Shown here in pieces: positions 10,248-21,579 of a DNA stretch of 64,000 bases. The stretch spans positions 1 through 64,000 of the forward strand of contig CAVPRW010000021.1 of assembly GCA_963707985.1 (NCBI GenBank). The letters run 5' to 3'. A model generated the notes under the pieces. It searched no databases, was not told where the DNA came from, and was given only the letters and a program-made list of their open reading frames with translations. Position 1 is the stretch's first letter; each line of letters starts with the position of its first letter. This DNA is from an uncultured Nitrospinota bacterium. GTDB taxonomy: Bacteria > Tectomicrobia > Entotheonellia > J063 > CAVPRW01. A program made the position numbers and the translations under genes.

Positions 10248-13067
10248 TTAGCGTCGCACGCTCCAGCTTGATTCACCCGGGGATGGTCGCCCACGCAGAC
10301 GTGCGACATACAACTCTCCACGGATGGCCCCTCCTGTCGCGGACGCAGCAGGGCGACTGCGGGAGGCCCCCATGCCGTCAGCGCGCCGATCTTGTCGACC
10401 GGAGACCCGCCAGCGCTGTGGTAATTGCCAGCCGAAGCGTCCAAGCCACTGTTCCGCCGGGGGCAATTTCCGCGCCACGATATCGAAGAAATACAGCACG
10501 AGTGCGGCAAGAATGAGTGTATACCACAGATTGTAAGGGGGACGATGCCCATCTCCACCCACCTGGAACAACTGCGCTAGCGTCTCAGACCCATCGGTCA
10601 CGTGTAGCACTTGACCACCGGTGAGGTCCGCCAACTTGCGCAACAGCCGGAGATTCGGCGGGCGAGGGACATATTCCGCGGAATAGGGTATGGCAAAGGC
10701 TGTCGTGCGTGGCTCAATCGTCTCTCCTCGACCGTCGAGGCCCGCGACCGTGATGAAGTACTCTCCCGTGCCGGATACCTCAAAGCTGCCCTTATAGCGT
10801 CCAGGAGCAGTTTGCTCGAGGGGGAGCGATAGGCTAGTCTTGCCGCTGATGCTTACAGTCCCGGACAATGTGGCATTGTTGATGAACTCATCTTGTTTGT
10901 CGTAGAGATCGGCAGTGATCTCGCCCTTGCCGTCTTGCAATTCGACATTCACCCACATGTTTTGACGCACTGTCTTCCGCTGGGTCCAACGCACGAGCTG
11001 ACTAGCAAATTTGCCAAAGTCCGCCCATTCGACCCAGGCCTTTCCCCAGCGCCCACGCAGATCAGCGGTGAACGCCGCCGTGCGCCCCAACCCATAACGC
11101 CAGACAGCGAGCACCGGGTCGGCCTTATCGCTGACCAGCAGGACCTCGGCAGCAGGTTTGGGATAAGCCAGGACATATCCACGCAACGGTGGCAGCTCTT
11201 GTGGCTCAATGCCCCGCAAAACTTCATGATCCTGACGTATGCTCGGCACAAAGGTGTGCTCTTCAACAAGCGTGCGCGCCACCAGAATGGTTTCAGAGGT
11301 AAAGATGCGTGGCACGCTCTCGGAATCATTGGCGAAATAATAGCGCCCCTGCCCCCAGTCAGCCACTTGCGACATCAGCCATTTGTCGGCATCCTCGCCA
11401 AGCGCGACGGTGGAGATAGTAATCCGTTGCTGTACCATCTGTCGAACCAAGCCCTCGAAGTCGGCCTTGGGGGTTAGACCATCGGAGAGTAAAATCAAAT
11501 GCTTCTTAATGGCCTTGACCTGGGAAAGTGCCTGGAAGCCCTCAACGAGACCTCTATAAACATCGGTCCCACCGCTGTGATTGAGACCGGAGAGTTTCGC
11601 GCCAATGCGTTCTCGATCGCCGGCCTCGGTCAATGGAATGACCCATTCGGTATCAGTATTGAAAGCCACCAGACCAACTTGATCGAACGGATTGAGCAGG
11701 GTGATCGCCGAAAACGAGGCCATCTTCGCTAGTTCAAGCTTGGTCGTGCCTTGTGTCGGACGCCCGCCACGGCTCGTATCGCCGATGTATCCCCCCATAC
11801 TGTCCGATTTATCGATGACCAGCATGAGTGCCAGGCTTGGGATGGTCATTTTGGCAGGAACGTCCATATTCACGGGGAGCGCACGTTCCATCGGTGTGCG
11901 GTAATATCCCCCCGGACCGAAGCTGCGATCGCCACCGAGCATGATCAAGCCCCCGCCCCCATCCCGGACGTATTTTTCGATGGCCTCCATTTTGGCTAGT
12001 GACACCCCGAGCCCGGGCGCGTTGTCCAGCATCACGGTGTCATATTGGAGGAATTCGCTGAGTCCGTGTGGCAGTTCAGTCCATCGCCGTAACTCGGGGG
12101 ATAGGCCTTGTACGGTCAACGCCTGGGCAAGTTCAGTTGGTGGACCGTCTTCGCCATAGACGATCAGCACCTTGGCTTTGCCCACAACATCGGTGAAGGC
12201 GACATTGCGGTTATTCTCGGTTAGCGGATCGCCGACAACATTGACCACGGCTTCATATCGGTGCAGACCCGGATCTTCTGGACTATCGGAGAAGAGCTGT
12301 GCGGTTTTCCCGGGGCGGAGCTCGATCTCGCGCTCGCCAATCAGCGTTTGGTCTCGAAACAACAAGAGATGCGCTGGGGTAGCTTGTTGACTACTGACCA
12401 CGACTCGTACTGGGAGGGATTCGCTGACATTGACCCGTGGTGGCACCATGATGCGATCTAACTGCACGTCCATCGGGCGCTGTCGGCTCCCAAGCGGTAC
12501 ACTCCAGAGCTCCACGCCGAGTGATTGCGCCACCAGCGCGACTTCTTGCGCCTTCCCTTGTGTTTCATTGCCGTCGGTCAACAGAATGAGACGCTTCTTA
12601 CCGGCGGCGGGAAATTGGGCCAATGCCACCTCAATGGCGTGAGTGAGATCCGTCGCCAGTCCCGACACCGTCGAGTCAATCTTTGTGATGGCGGCATCTG
12701 GCTGGAGGGCGAGCTCGACCGACGCGTCCTCTCCAAACACGATCAGCCCTGCCTGATCCCCCTTTTTCATCTGCTTCATGGACCGTTGCACAAAGCTCAG
12801 AGCCGCTTCACGTCCCTCTTCGCCAACGCTGTCGGAGGTATCGAGGGCGAACATCACATTAACTTGTTCGGTTGTATTTTCCACGCTGAGACCGCTGAGA
12901 CTGAGCACCACTAACGCGATCATCAGGACTCGAAGGCTCAAGACGAGGCCGCGGCGAAAGGGCATCAGATAGGTGGTCGAGCGCCAAAACAGCCAGAGGA
13001 TGATCGGGATGCAGGCGAGCAGAAACAAATACTGCGGTGCGATGAATGTCAGATTCATAGGCGTCAA
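10248..13067 (-). CDS. Membrane-anchored protein with two VWA domains and a GATase1-like domain
   Basis: N-terminal TM helices, MIDAS motifs DTSDS and DKSDS, GGGLIMLGG..SFGPGGY, WRYGLGRTAAF, C-terminal TM. Confidence 0.8.
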   Translation of the reverse strand: MTPMNLTFIAPQYLFLLACIPIILWLFWRSTTYLMPFRRGLVLSLRVLMIALVVLSLSGLSVENTTEQVNVMFALDTSDSVGEEGREAALSFVQRSMKQMKKGDQAGLIVFGEDASVELALQPDAAITKIDSTVSGLATDLTHAIEVALAQFPAAGKKRLILLTDGNETQGKAQEVALVAQSLGVELWSVPLGSRQRPMDVQLDRIMVPPRVNVSESLPVRVVVSSQQATPAHLLLFRDQTLIGEREIELRPGKTAQLFSDSPEDPGLHRYEAVVNVVGDPLTENNRNVAFTDVVGKAKVLIVYGEDGPPTELAQALTVQGLSPELRRWTELPHGLSEFLQYDTVMLDNAPGLGVSLAKMEAIEKYVRDGGGGLIMLGGDRSFGPGGYYRTPMERALPVNMDVPAKMTIPSLALMLVIDKSDSMGGYIGDTSRGGRPTQGTTKLELAKMASFSAITLLNPFDQVGLVAFNTDTEWVIPLTEAGDRERIGAKLSGLNHSGGTDVYRGLVEGFQALSQVKAIKKHLILLSDGLTPKADFEGLVRQMVQQRITISTVALGEDADKWLMSQVADWGQGRYYFANDSESVPRIFTSETILVARTLVEEHTFVPSIRQDHEVLRGIEPQELPPLRGYVLAYPKPAAEVLLVSDKADPVLAVWRYGLGRTAAFTADLRGRWGKAWVEWADFGKFASQLVRWTQRKTVRQNMWVNVELQDGKGEITADLYDKQDEFINNATLSGTVSISGKTSLSLPLEQTAPGRYKGSFEVSGTGEYFITVAGLDGRGETIEPRTTAFAIPYSAEYVPRPPNLRLLRKLADLTGGQVLHVTDGSETLAQLFQVGGDGHRPPYNLWYTLILAALVLYFFDIVARKLPPAEQWLGRFGWQLPQRWRVSGRQDRRADGMGASRSRPAASATGGAIRGELYVARLRGRPSPGESSWSVRR

Positions 13068-13177
13068 GGCTCAAGATGCAAGATGTACGGTTCTCAGCCT
13101 AACGTGCACAGCACAAAGTACTCGCGCCACCTAAACATATCAAGTACCCGTACACATGCACCTCGAACATAGGATAA

Positions 13178-15029
13178 TCAGGCACCCGTTCGGCACCAGA
13201 AATACCACTCGACCAGTGTCAGGCCAAACGCGAACACGATAAAATAAGGCCATAATGGCTGCTTAACCGTCTCCGGCGCCGATGCACTTGCGACGCCGGA
13301 GACGTCGATCTTTCGATCGATCGGTTTCGGGATGATGTCGGATTCTTCTCGACTCACCAAGTTGACAGCAAAACGTTGCGTTTTCTTGCCCATCCTCACG
13401 GTATAGATGCCTACCTCAGAAGTGTCGCGAAAGGCCAGGGGATTCTCCGTGACGGACAGCTTTAGCCACTCGCCCGATGGTTTGCGCACGCTCACTTCCG
13501 TCGTGGTCCCATCGAGTTCAATCAAATAGGGTGCGCCTGCCTGCACCTGATGGGACATGAACGTCCCATGCTGTGGCGAGAGCCACTCCAAAATATTCGA
13601 CATCAGCACCGGAAAAGCCACGCGCAGGGGTAAATCGGATTCCAGCAAATCAAATCCGAGATGGATAACTCGCAGGCGTCCGGTATCATAACTGGAGACG
13701 ATCGGCGAGCCGTTGGCATAGAGCAGCGGCTTGACTCCCTCCCCGACGCTGACAACCTGGGCTCGGCGTACTTGCAGATCGCGCAATTGCACGCCACGTA
13801 GGATCGGGTCCGTTGTATCCCAGTCGACGACTGGTGGAGCATCAGTGGTCCCCTTCACCGTAATGGGCAGATTGGGAGCACTGGTATTGATCAAGAGAAA
13901 ATTGCCAACATGCAGAGGTGGCGGCTCCAGACCATCCATGATGACGATATGGTTGCCGAGTACTTGCTGCTCGAACGACGATGCGCTCACGCTGTTCACC
14001 ACATTCACCGAGGCATTGGCATGACCAGCGAGCAGGCTTTCGAGAAAATAATTCCCACGCGTTACCAAGAGGATCCACACCGATGATTTATCCGACAGTA
14101 CGGTTGCGGCGCGATTGTCGGCGCTAAGATCATCGTTCAGCTCAAGGACTGCTTCGGCGACTCCATTGGCCGCACCGGTATAAGGGAAGATCAGACTTTG
14201 ACGGTCACCGGCTTCAAATGTGTAGTGTGTGCGCTGTAAGGTTTTCCAGTTCAGCGACAGGGCCAGAGTCGAAGGACTCGGGTTGGCGCGAAAAATTGGC
14301 GACATTAACAAGAATTTCATAATCGCCGGGGCGAGTCACGCGTGGGCGCACCTCGAACTTGGTGATGCCGACGTTGCGCTCGCCACCGCCCACCTTGAGG
14401 GTGCGTACCTGCCTGTCCCCAGATAAGCGATCAGTGAGGTATGGATCCGTATCATCGCTGAGAACGAGCACTTCCCCGGTCCGATCCCCTCCCAACAGAG
14501 AGCGGCCAAGTTGCACGGCCTTTGCCAAGTTGCCGGGCTCATCGGTAGGAGAGAGTCCAGCCAATGCCTGTTTAAGCAGAGTCCGATTGGCTGTGAACGG
14601 AACTCTGAGGGTAGGGTGTGAGTTGGCGTAAATGATCGCCATCTCACTCTTCGGATGCAAGCGCTGCACCAAGTCCAGCGCAAGCTCGCGAGCCTGGGAG
14701 AAGCGCTCCTCACCCTTCGACAGGCTGCGCATACTGGCGCTCGCATCCAACACCAGCACGATATCGCCTTCCTTGGTGCTTGGCAAACGGGCGAAGGGAT
14801 CAGCAAGGCCCAGGGTCAATGCGGCGATGCCTAAAATTTGCAGTACGAGCAACAAACTCCGCAGGAGCCTGCTCATCCCGAAAGTCGAGCGGCGCTCGCG
14901 CAGCAACTCCTCCCACAGATACACGGCGGAAATGCGCACTTCCCGGCGGCGCAGTCGCAGACTGTGTAAGAGCAAGACCAGGGGCACCAATGCCAGAAAT
15001 GCGAAGGCCCACGGTGCAGCCCAGCCCAT
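13178..15029 (-). CDS. BatA/VWA domain membrane protein (frameshift near 14280)
   Basis: BatA-like N-terminus, MIDAS DASAS, C-terminal FAVNL..ESDI and LWPYF..LVEW. Split between ORFs 14214-15047 and 13178-14320. Confidence 0.8.
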
Positions 15030-15115
15030 ATCGTTCCTCCCGCCCATCGCGCCATGGTGTCTAGCGTGCCTGTGTGGTTGCCACCGCGCTGTCGGACCTT
15101 CCGAGCTCAGGTCAT

Positions 15116-16012
15116 TTACTGGAGATGGATGCCGTGGCGCAGGTACGTCAAGATGAGATCCTCAAAGGGGATGAGCGTGCTGGCGCGAAGATATTCGATC
15201 TGGCTTTTCAGGCAGAAGTCCTCGATTTGGCCACACCATTGCTGAACGCGCTCACGGTAACGTGCCAAGAGAGACTCGTCGATGGTCAGGCGTTGTTCTT
15301 GGTTGGTCTCGATGTCCCGCAGTCGGACCAGCCCGGTATAGGTTGGTCGCACATCTTCTTCATCGAGAATCTGTAGCAGTAGCACATCATAGCGCGCAAA
15401 GCGGAGGGCTTCTAGGCCGCGCTCGAATCCTTTTGGATCGAGCAGATCACTAATGACAATTGCCAGTCCTACCCGTCGGCTACGGAATGAGTACTCCATG
15501 AGCGCCCGATTGAAATCGGTTTCCCCGCTGCACGTCACCCGCTCGAAGTAATCGAGAAGTCCCAGAAAATGGTCGCGGCCACGCCGAGGCGGCATAGAAT
15601 CCTGGAGACCAGCGGCGAAGGTGGTAATACCCACACGATCGAGATTGCTCAGTCCGATGTATCCCAGTGCAGCGGCGACCCGTTTCGCATAGTCGATCTT
15701 CGGAGGTTCACCAAACATCATAGAACGACTCGTATCGAGGAGAATGTGGATCGACAGGTCTTCTTCAGCGGTAAACACTTTCAGAAAGAGACGATCCAGG
15801 CGACTGAAGATGTTCCAATCGATATAACGAAAGTCATCACCGACCTGATAATTACGATAGTCGGAAAACTCTAGACTCGTGCCCATCTTTACCGTCGAGT
15901 GCTCACCGCGACCCTGGCCATGGTAGATGCGGTTGGAAGTCAGCCGTAAGATCTCAAGTTTTTTGAGGAACTCGGTATCGAACAGCTGATGTACCATCGT
16001 CATGATCCTCAC
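15116..16012 (-). CDS. DUF58 protein (MoxR-associated, VWA-like)
   Basis: GTSLEFSDYRNYQVGDDFRYIDWN, LLDTSRSM, ISDL. Confidence 0.9.
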   Translation of the reverse strand: MRIMTMVHQLFDTEFLKKLEILRLTSNRIYHGQGRGEHSTVKMGTSLEFSDYRNYQVGDDFRYIDWNIFSRLDRLFLKVFTAEEDLSIHILLDTSRSMMFGEPPKIDYAKRVAAALGYIGLSNLDRVGITTFAAGLQDSMPPRRGRDHFLGLLDYFERVTCSGETDFNRALMEYSFRSRRVGLAIVISDLLDPKGFERGLEALRFARYDVLLLQILDEEDVRPTYTGLVRLRDIETNQEQRLTIDESLLARYRERVQQWCGQIEDFCLKSQIEYLRASTLIPFEDLILTYLRHGIHLQ

Positions 16013-17025
16013 ACGACCTCAGGCGTTTTCTCGAGAATCTCAGCGACGATACTGGCTTGTTCGATGCGGGCCGCGGCGCCCTCAAAGTTCAAAATCACCC
16101 GGTGCCGGAGGCTTGGAATGGCAATGGTGCGGAGGTCCTCGAAGCTGACATTGTACCGCCCTGCCAATAAGGCCTTCATTTTGCCACCCAACACCAAGCT
16201 CTGTGCGCCTCGGGGGCTCGATCCATATTCCACATAACGTTTGGCGAGGTCAGTGGCATAGTTCGAGTTGGGATGAGTCGCAAGCACCAGGCGAGCGGCG
16301 TAATTCTTGACATGAGCAGCGACCGGAATGGTCCGCACGAACTCCTTCATTTCGTCGACACGCTCGGCATCCAAGATGTTTTGCAACGTGGCAGCATCGT
16401 GTTGGGTTGTGCGGTCGACGATGTCCTCCAACTGCTGGATGGAGGGGTACGTGACGCTGAGCTTCAGAAAAAACCGATCGAGCTGCGCCTCCGGTAAAGG
16501 ATAGGTACCCTCCATCTCAATTGGGTTCTGAGTGGCGAGCACGATAAACGGGCCCTCCAGGCGATGAGCGATTCCGGCAACTGTGACACTCTGTTCCTGC
16601 ATGGCCTCGAGGAGCGCCGACTGCGTCTTCGGTGTGGCGCGATTGATCTCATCCGCCAAAATAATTTGGGCGAATATTGGCCCACGTTGAAATTCGAAGT
16701 GCTTGCGGCCAGACTCGTCTTCCATGACGACATTGGTGCCGATGATATCCGCAGGCATCAGGTCGGGAGTAAATTGAATCCGCGAGAAACGCAGATTGAG
16801 CACCCGCCCCAAACTCTTCACCAGCAGGGTTTTGCCAAGGCCTGGCACGCCCTCAAGCAGGACATGGCCGCCACACAGAAGGCAAATCAGGATACCCTCG
16901 ATCACCTCGTGGTGCCCGACGATTACCTTCTCGAGCTCACGAATCAAACGTTGTAGGTCATCTCGAATACCATCAGCCTTTCGACGCAGTTCCCTGCTGC
17001 GGGCTTCATCGTTCGCGCTGCTCAT
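16009..17025 (-). CDS. moxR: MoxR family AAA+ ATPase
   Basis: GHVLLEGVPGLGKT, RIQFTPDLMPADI, ADEINRA, ATQNPIEMEGTYPLPEAQLDRF. Confidence 0.95.
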   Translation of the reverse strand: MSSANDEARSRELRRKADGIRDDLQRLIRELEKVIVGHHEVIEGILICLLCGGHVLLEGVPGLGKTLLVKSLGRVLNLRFSRIQFTPDLMPADIIGTNVVMEDESGRKHFEFQRGPIFAQIILADEINRATPKTQSALLEAMQEQSVTVAGIAHRLEGPFIVLATQNPIEMEGTYPLPEAQLDRFFLKLSVTYPSIQQLEDIVDRTTQHDAATLQNILDAERVDEMKEFVRTIPVAAHVKNYAARLVLATHPNSNYATDLAKRYVEYGSSPRGAQSLVLGGKMKALLAGRYNVSFEDLRTIAIPSLRHRVILNFEGAAARIEQASIVAEILEKTPEVV

Positions 17026-18574
17026 CCTTACCTTCACTCCCCGCCACGTCCTCGACCAGTCCGATGGCCAGGAAATAGGCTCGCACAAGATCGCGATTAT
17101 TGGGAGGGATCTCCTCGCGCAGCAGACTCTCCTCCGCACGCTTTTGATAGGTGGTGATGACTTCCTCAAGCGGGATCGCTGCGTCCCCTTTCAGCGGGAG
17201 GGCTCGGACATATGTACGTCGCACACCTCCCTCACCGGTTTGTCCCGTGATGCGCGACGCCGGGGACTTGGTCTCGGTGAGACGATTGCGTGAGGTCTCG
17301 CTCTCGGTCCCGCGACCTGAGCCAATAGAACTATTCGAGCCCATGCCCTCCGAATCGAGGTCATCACCATCCTCGAAATCGCCCGGCGATCCTCCGCTGC
17401 CGCCGCGTGGGTCCCCAGCCATCTCATATTCACTATCTTCACCGCTGTCCCGGCTCGGAGCATCCGGGTCCATCTCGTCGCTGGGGTCGATGCCGTGCTC
17501 AAAGCTGCGGTCCAATGCCCGCTCAGCGCGCTGCAGGTGCTCAAAATCCTGCGCCATCTGATCTTGAAGGAGGTAATTCTCAAGCATTTCACGGGCACCT
17601 TCGAGGTCGCCATCTCGCAGTTGGTTAAGAGCCTCACTCAAGCGGTCATCCAACATTCCCTGCTGGCCGAGGCCCTGGAGTCGTTCCTGGAGGTTGCGCA
17701 TCTCGCTCGGTGACAACTTGCCGCGCCCCATCATGGCGAGGAGTCGTTGCACCTCACCGCTGACGCTCGCCTGATTGACCATCACCTCCCGTACCTTACT
17801 CAGGCTGACGTCTTCGAGGACCGCCATTTTCTTCAGTTCATCTTCGAGGTTGCGAACATACTCGCTGAGTGAGTTGACCCGCGCCATGGCCTCCCGCTCA
17901 TTCACTTTTTCGTTCTGTAGCCGCTGCCCCAAGCTCTGCATGCGCCGGGCGGCCTCCATGCTACGTTCCAGGCCACGACGCCGGGCTTCCGTTTCTAGGC
18001 GCTTGCCTTGCCGTTCCAGTTGCTGACCTTGCTCAGACAACGTCGAATTTAGCCGCTCATTCCCTCTGATAAAGGACTGTGGCAGAAACAGGCCGAAATC
18101 GACAACCAGCACCAGGATGATGGCCAGCAAGAGGAAAGGTATCCATCGTAGCGTACGTGGTGTAGTGCTCGGGATGACACGGAAGGGGTTCACGGAGCGG
18201 GCGACGCGTGCTGCTTCTTGCAGGACGATGAGGCGAAGTGGATGGGGCTTGGGGCTCTTGGCCAGTTCGTAGGCGGTGCTGAGTCGTTCCCTGAGCTTCA
18301 ACGTATGGTCCGCACGGATCAGCAGCACCAAAGGATCGGCACGTGAGCGCAGCCCAAGCGCCAGCGCCACCAAGGCGCTGAAGGTGATGGCGGCCACCCC
18401 AAGCTCAACCAACAGGCTGATCGGCAGAGGCATCAACCGGTGCCAAATCGCTAATCCAAGGCACAGGCAGAGCCCGCAAAAGAGCGCCTGCAGCAGGGCC
18501 GCTCGGCGCCGAACCCAGGCGGCACGGCGTCGCAGCGTACGTACTAGACGCTGCAGGGTTTCCTCATGTTCCAT
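17006..18574 (-). CDS. Hypothetical membrane protein with coiled coil and Gly/acidic C-terminal linker
   Basis: Three TM segments, LRERLSTAYE, long helical region, C-terminal IPPNNRDLVRAYF typical of MoxR-cluster proteins. Confidence 0.7.
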   Translation of the reverse strand: MEHEETLQRLVRTLRRRAAWVRRRAALLQALFCGLCLCLGLAIWHRLMPLPISLLVELGVAAITFSALVALALGLRSRADPLVLLIRADHTLKLRERLSTAYELAKSPKPHPLRLIVLQEAARVARSVNPFRVIPSTTPRTLRWIPFLLLAIILVLVVDFGLFLPQSFIRGNERLNSTLSEQGQQLERQGKRLETEARRRGLERSMEAARRMQSLGQRLQNEKVNEREAMARVNSLSEYVRNLEDELKKMAVLEDVSLSKVREVMVNQASVSGEVQRLLAMMGRGKLSPSEMRNLQERLQGLGQQGMLDDRLSEALNQLRDGDLEGAREMLENYLLQDQMAQDFEHLQRAERALDRSFEHGIDPSDEMDPDAPSRDSGEDSEYEMAGDPRGGSGGSPGDFEDGDDLDSEGMGSNSSIGSGRGTESETSRNRLTETKSPASRITGQTGEGGVRRTYVRALPLKGDAAIPLEEVITTYQKRAEESLLREEIPPNNRDLVRAYFLAIGLVEDVAGSEGKDEQRER

Positions 18575-18639
18575 GTGCCCCCCAATCGTTGATACTGCGC
18601 CACAGCCCTCAGAACAGCAGCGATAGAAGGGCCGCGGCG

Positions 18640-19392
18640 CTAGTATTTCAAGAGCTTGACTACCATTATATAGGCGCCTAAAAGGAGAAGCAAATGAATA
18701 ATCAGCGTCACTGAGGCATAGGAAAGCTCATATCCGTACAGCAAAACGACCTGCCCGAGTTCCTCGCCAAAGGTCATGCTGATGAGTCCGAGCAGCGGGT
18801 TCGAGGCGGGAAGTAAGAATGCCGAGCCGATGACAATTATCACAAAGGCCGCTCGGGCTGCCACGTAGCGTATAAAGTCCTGCGTTTCCCACATACACAG
18901 CGTCAGGAGCCCCAGCCAACGGTAGGCCAACGTGCAGACCACCATCAGCAACAATGCCCTACCAAAAATTTCCGTTGAGATTCCTGAGACATGCGCCGCT
19001 GCCACCAGTAATGGCAAGGCCAGCACGACGAAGAAGAGCGTATGCCCAATGCTCAAAAGCGTGAGACCGACCATCGCACTATGTCGCGTTAGACCTTGCC
19101 AGACGAGGGTCCGTGGGGAGACCTGGGCCGTCTCATCGCCCAATCTGCTCGCACCATAGCTGAAACTCAGGTAGGCGATGATGAGGGTGGCCACCATGGC
19201 CTCGATGCTAAAGGTCAGAGGCGGCGAGCCGACACGCAAAAACTGGCTCTTGGGCCAAATCACGAAGAGGACACTGGCGAGGGCCATGAGATAATGCAAT
19301 GCTACCGTCAACGGGGCCTTGTCCAGGAAATAACTGGATACTCCGTGGCGTAGGATCAAGTTGGCTGCAAGACCCTGCACTGGTCCTTGCAT
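18640..19392 (-). CDS. Multi-pass membrane protein (ABC-2 permease-like)
   Basis: About six hydrophobic segments; lies within the MoxR cluster. Confidence 0.55.
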   Translation of the reverse strand: MQGPVQGLAANLILRHGVSSYFLDKAPLTVALHYLMALASVLFVIWPKSQFLRVGSPPLTFSIEAMVATLIIAYLSFSYGASRLGDETAQVSPRTLVWQGLTRHSAMVGLTLLSIGHTLFFVVLALPLLVAAAHVSGISTEIFGRALLLMVVCTLAYRWLGLLTLCMWETQDFIRYVAARAAFVIIVIGSAFLLPASNPLLGLISMTFGEELGQVVLLYGYELSYASVTLIIHLLLLLGAYIMVVKLLKY

Positions 19393-19504
19393 GTAAACTC
19401 CTGCGTTGCACCGTCTTGGCGTGGCCCTGATGCTCCTTTGACGACGGCCTACGTGGAGCTTCCAGTCGCATAGACGTGGTCAGGACAGTTCTCGACCGCC
19501 TGCC

Positions 19505-21532
19505 TCAGATCGGCAGTCGGATCCGCACCATCGTCACGCGTTGCGCCCCCGTCCGTCCAGGCTCGACCGCAATCATGGTGAGGGGCCGTTCCAACCAGGC
19601 GAGCACAGTCACATGATGTTGCCAGGCCGGGTCGCTGCGGAGCGTCTCTTGCATCGAGCGCTCCACGACTGCCCGTCGAAGCAGGTCCAGACTGTCTCGT
19701 CCTTTGAACATTTCATACGACAAATCCCGCTCCCATCGAGTTTGCTGTACCCCCCGCGAGAGCTCATCGGGGGTAACGGTCAGCAGTCCCTCCCCCTCGT
19801 CGCCATCCTCGATGTTCCCTAACGGCACGATGCGAGGCCCCCGCCACAGCCAGCAGTGCTGCAGAATATAGCCGGTGTTGTTGGTCACCCGTACCATCAC
19901 CGTGTCGTCCTCACGCAGCACACGCGTCGCGATCGGAAATTCCAGCAATCCCTTGCCTTTGAACACACGCATCCCCCACCCGGGAACGAAGATATCTTTG
20001 ATGGTCAAAACCTGGTTCTGATGCAAATGCCAATCAAGCGGTAGGTCCCGAGACATCGGCGGTACGATCTGCAGCCAGGTCGATGGTTGACCGGCAATCT
20101 TGAGATCGTAGGTTTGCTTCCGCATGGAAAGCAGTGCCAGGTGCGTCTCGATATCGCTGAAGCGGCTTTGCGGGATGACATCCACGGCTGAGACCTCGAA
20201 CAATAGGGCGTCCTGTTGGATATTCGGCTCGCGGAAGAGCAGGTGCGCCCCACCACTAAAGGAGACAAGTGTCAGCCCGATGAGCATCCAGGTGTCGCGC
20301 GCAGCGAGGCTGCCGAGGCCTGCGCGCCAAAAGAAAAACCCGATCGTCCCGACATACAGCCCCAGGAACACCGCCAGCAAGAGGTGTGAAGGAAACGCCA
20401 ACAGTGGCAACTGTAAAGCCTGGGAAGTCCAGGTTTCGTCGAAGGTCTCACGCAACTCCCGCCGCAGTTTCCAGTAATTGGGTGTCTCATCCAAGCCAAA
20501 AAGCGTCTTCCACAGCAGTGCCATGCCGTCCCAGGATGTGAGTGGAGCGCGCCCGGGATCAAAGGCCGCAAACACGACTTCTCCACGGCCGCGCTTCTGG
20601 ACAATCAACAGTGCCCGGTCTTCCGTGTGCGCCAGGATCGTGCCGGTGATCGCTTCTGTGCGCAGAATCGACAGGTGTGTATCCTCGGGAAAGCGCACGC
20701 CGACTAGGGATGCCAGTGGTTCGAGGGTGGTGATCTCTACCATACCAGTGATTTTCAGAGGCACTAATTCGCGGAAGGCCGGATGCGTATAATGTGTCCA
20801 ATTCGGGCCGCCGGTCACCAGCAAGCGACCGCCGTGCGCCACCCATTGCTGCAGCGCCTCCATCTGCTCGGGCCGCAGCGGTGCCAAGGAGACGTTACGC
20901 AGGGCGATGAGGTCAACTGCATCGAGGGCGTCCCACCGCGTCGGCAGCTCGTCGAGGGTCTGATATACTACGCGCGCTTTGCCTGGGGCCACGCTTGCCA
21001 GCGAATCCAGCGCCGGTTCGTCGGAGATCACGACGATCAGGCGGTCTGGGCTGCTGAGCGTACGCAGATCAATCTCGCGGGTATAGACTGCTTCCCCTGA
21101 CTGATCAGTCAGCCGAATGACCAGAGGATGCGTAAAGCCACGAAACATGACCACGAACGTATAGCGTTTGCGGGATTGAGTGGGTAAGTCGACGGCCTGA
21201 CTCAGGGTCGTCGTGTACGGATGAGGATAACCTTCACTGATGGTCGATAGATCGAGCGCCAGGAGCCCTCGCACCGGGGCGCCATCGTTGCGGATGGTCA
21301 CGGTGATCGGCAGCCACTTACCGATCTTAATGGTTTCCCGGAAGCCAATGGTCTCATCGACACTAAGCTTCGCGCTGGCTGGCTGCACCAGGGGCGTGCC
21401 GGCCTGGGATATACCGCACACAAGGCAAATCAGATAGTACCACAGGCACGCTGCCCGCCCCCCTACGGCCCAGCTCCGGCGGAAGGCGTTGACGAGGTCG
21501 GACCTCACTGCCCCAAGCAATTGAGGCCTCAT
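19505..21532 (-). CDS. Hypothetical membrane/exported protein with GATase1-like domain
   Basis: GKWLPITVTIRNDG, LQQWVAHGGRLLVTGG, two central TM helices. Start uncertain. Confidence 0.7.
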   Translation of the reverse strand: MRPQLLGAVRSDLVNAFRRSWAVGGRAACLWYYLICLVCGISQAGTPLVQPASAKLSVDETIGFRETIKIGKWLPITVTIRNDGAPVRGLLALDLSTISEGYPHPYTTTLSQAVDLPTQSRKRYTFVVMFRGFTHPLVIRLTDQSGEAVYTREIDLRTLSSPDRLIVVISDEPALDSLASVAPGKARVVYQTLDELPTRWDALDAVDLIALRNVSLAPLRPEQMEALQQWVAHGGRLLVTGGPNWTHYTHPAFRELVPLKITGMVEITTLEPLASLVGVRFPEDTHLSILRTEAITGTILAHTEDRALLIVQKRGRGEVVFAAFDPGRAPLTSWDGMALLWKTLFGLDETPNYWKLRRELRETFDETWTSQALQLPLLAFPSHLLLAVFLGLYVGTIGFFFWRAGLGSLAARDTWMLIGLTLVSFSGGAHLLFREPNIQQDALLFEVSAVDVIPQSRFSDIETHLALLSMRKQTYDLKIAGQPSTWLQIVPPMSRDLPLDWHLHQNQVLTIKDIFVPGWGMRVFKGKGLLEFPIATRVLREDDTVMVRVTNNTGYILQHCWLWRGPRIVPLGNIEDGDEGEGLLTVTPDELSRGVQQTRWERDLSYEMFKGRDSLDLLRRAVVERSMQETLRSDPAWQHHVTVLAWLERPLTMIAVEPGRTGAQRVTMVRIRLPI

Positions 21533-21579
21533 TCAGGTGCTAACCCTGTGGTCTCGGCAGCGCACAGCTTCCTCCATGT

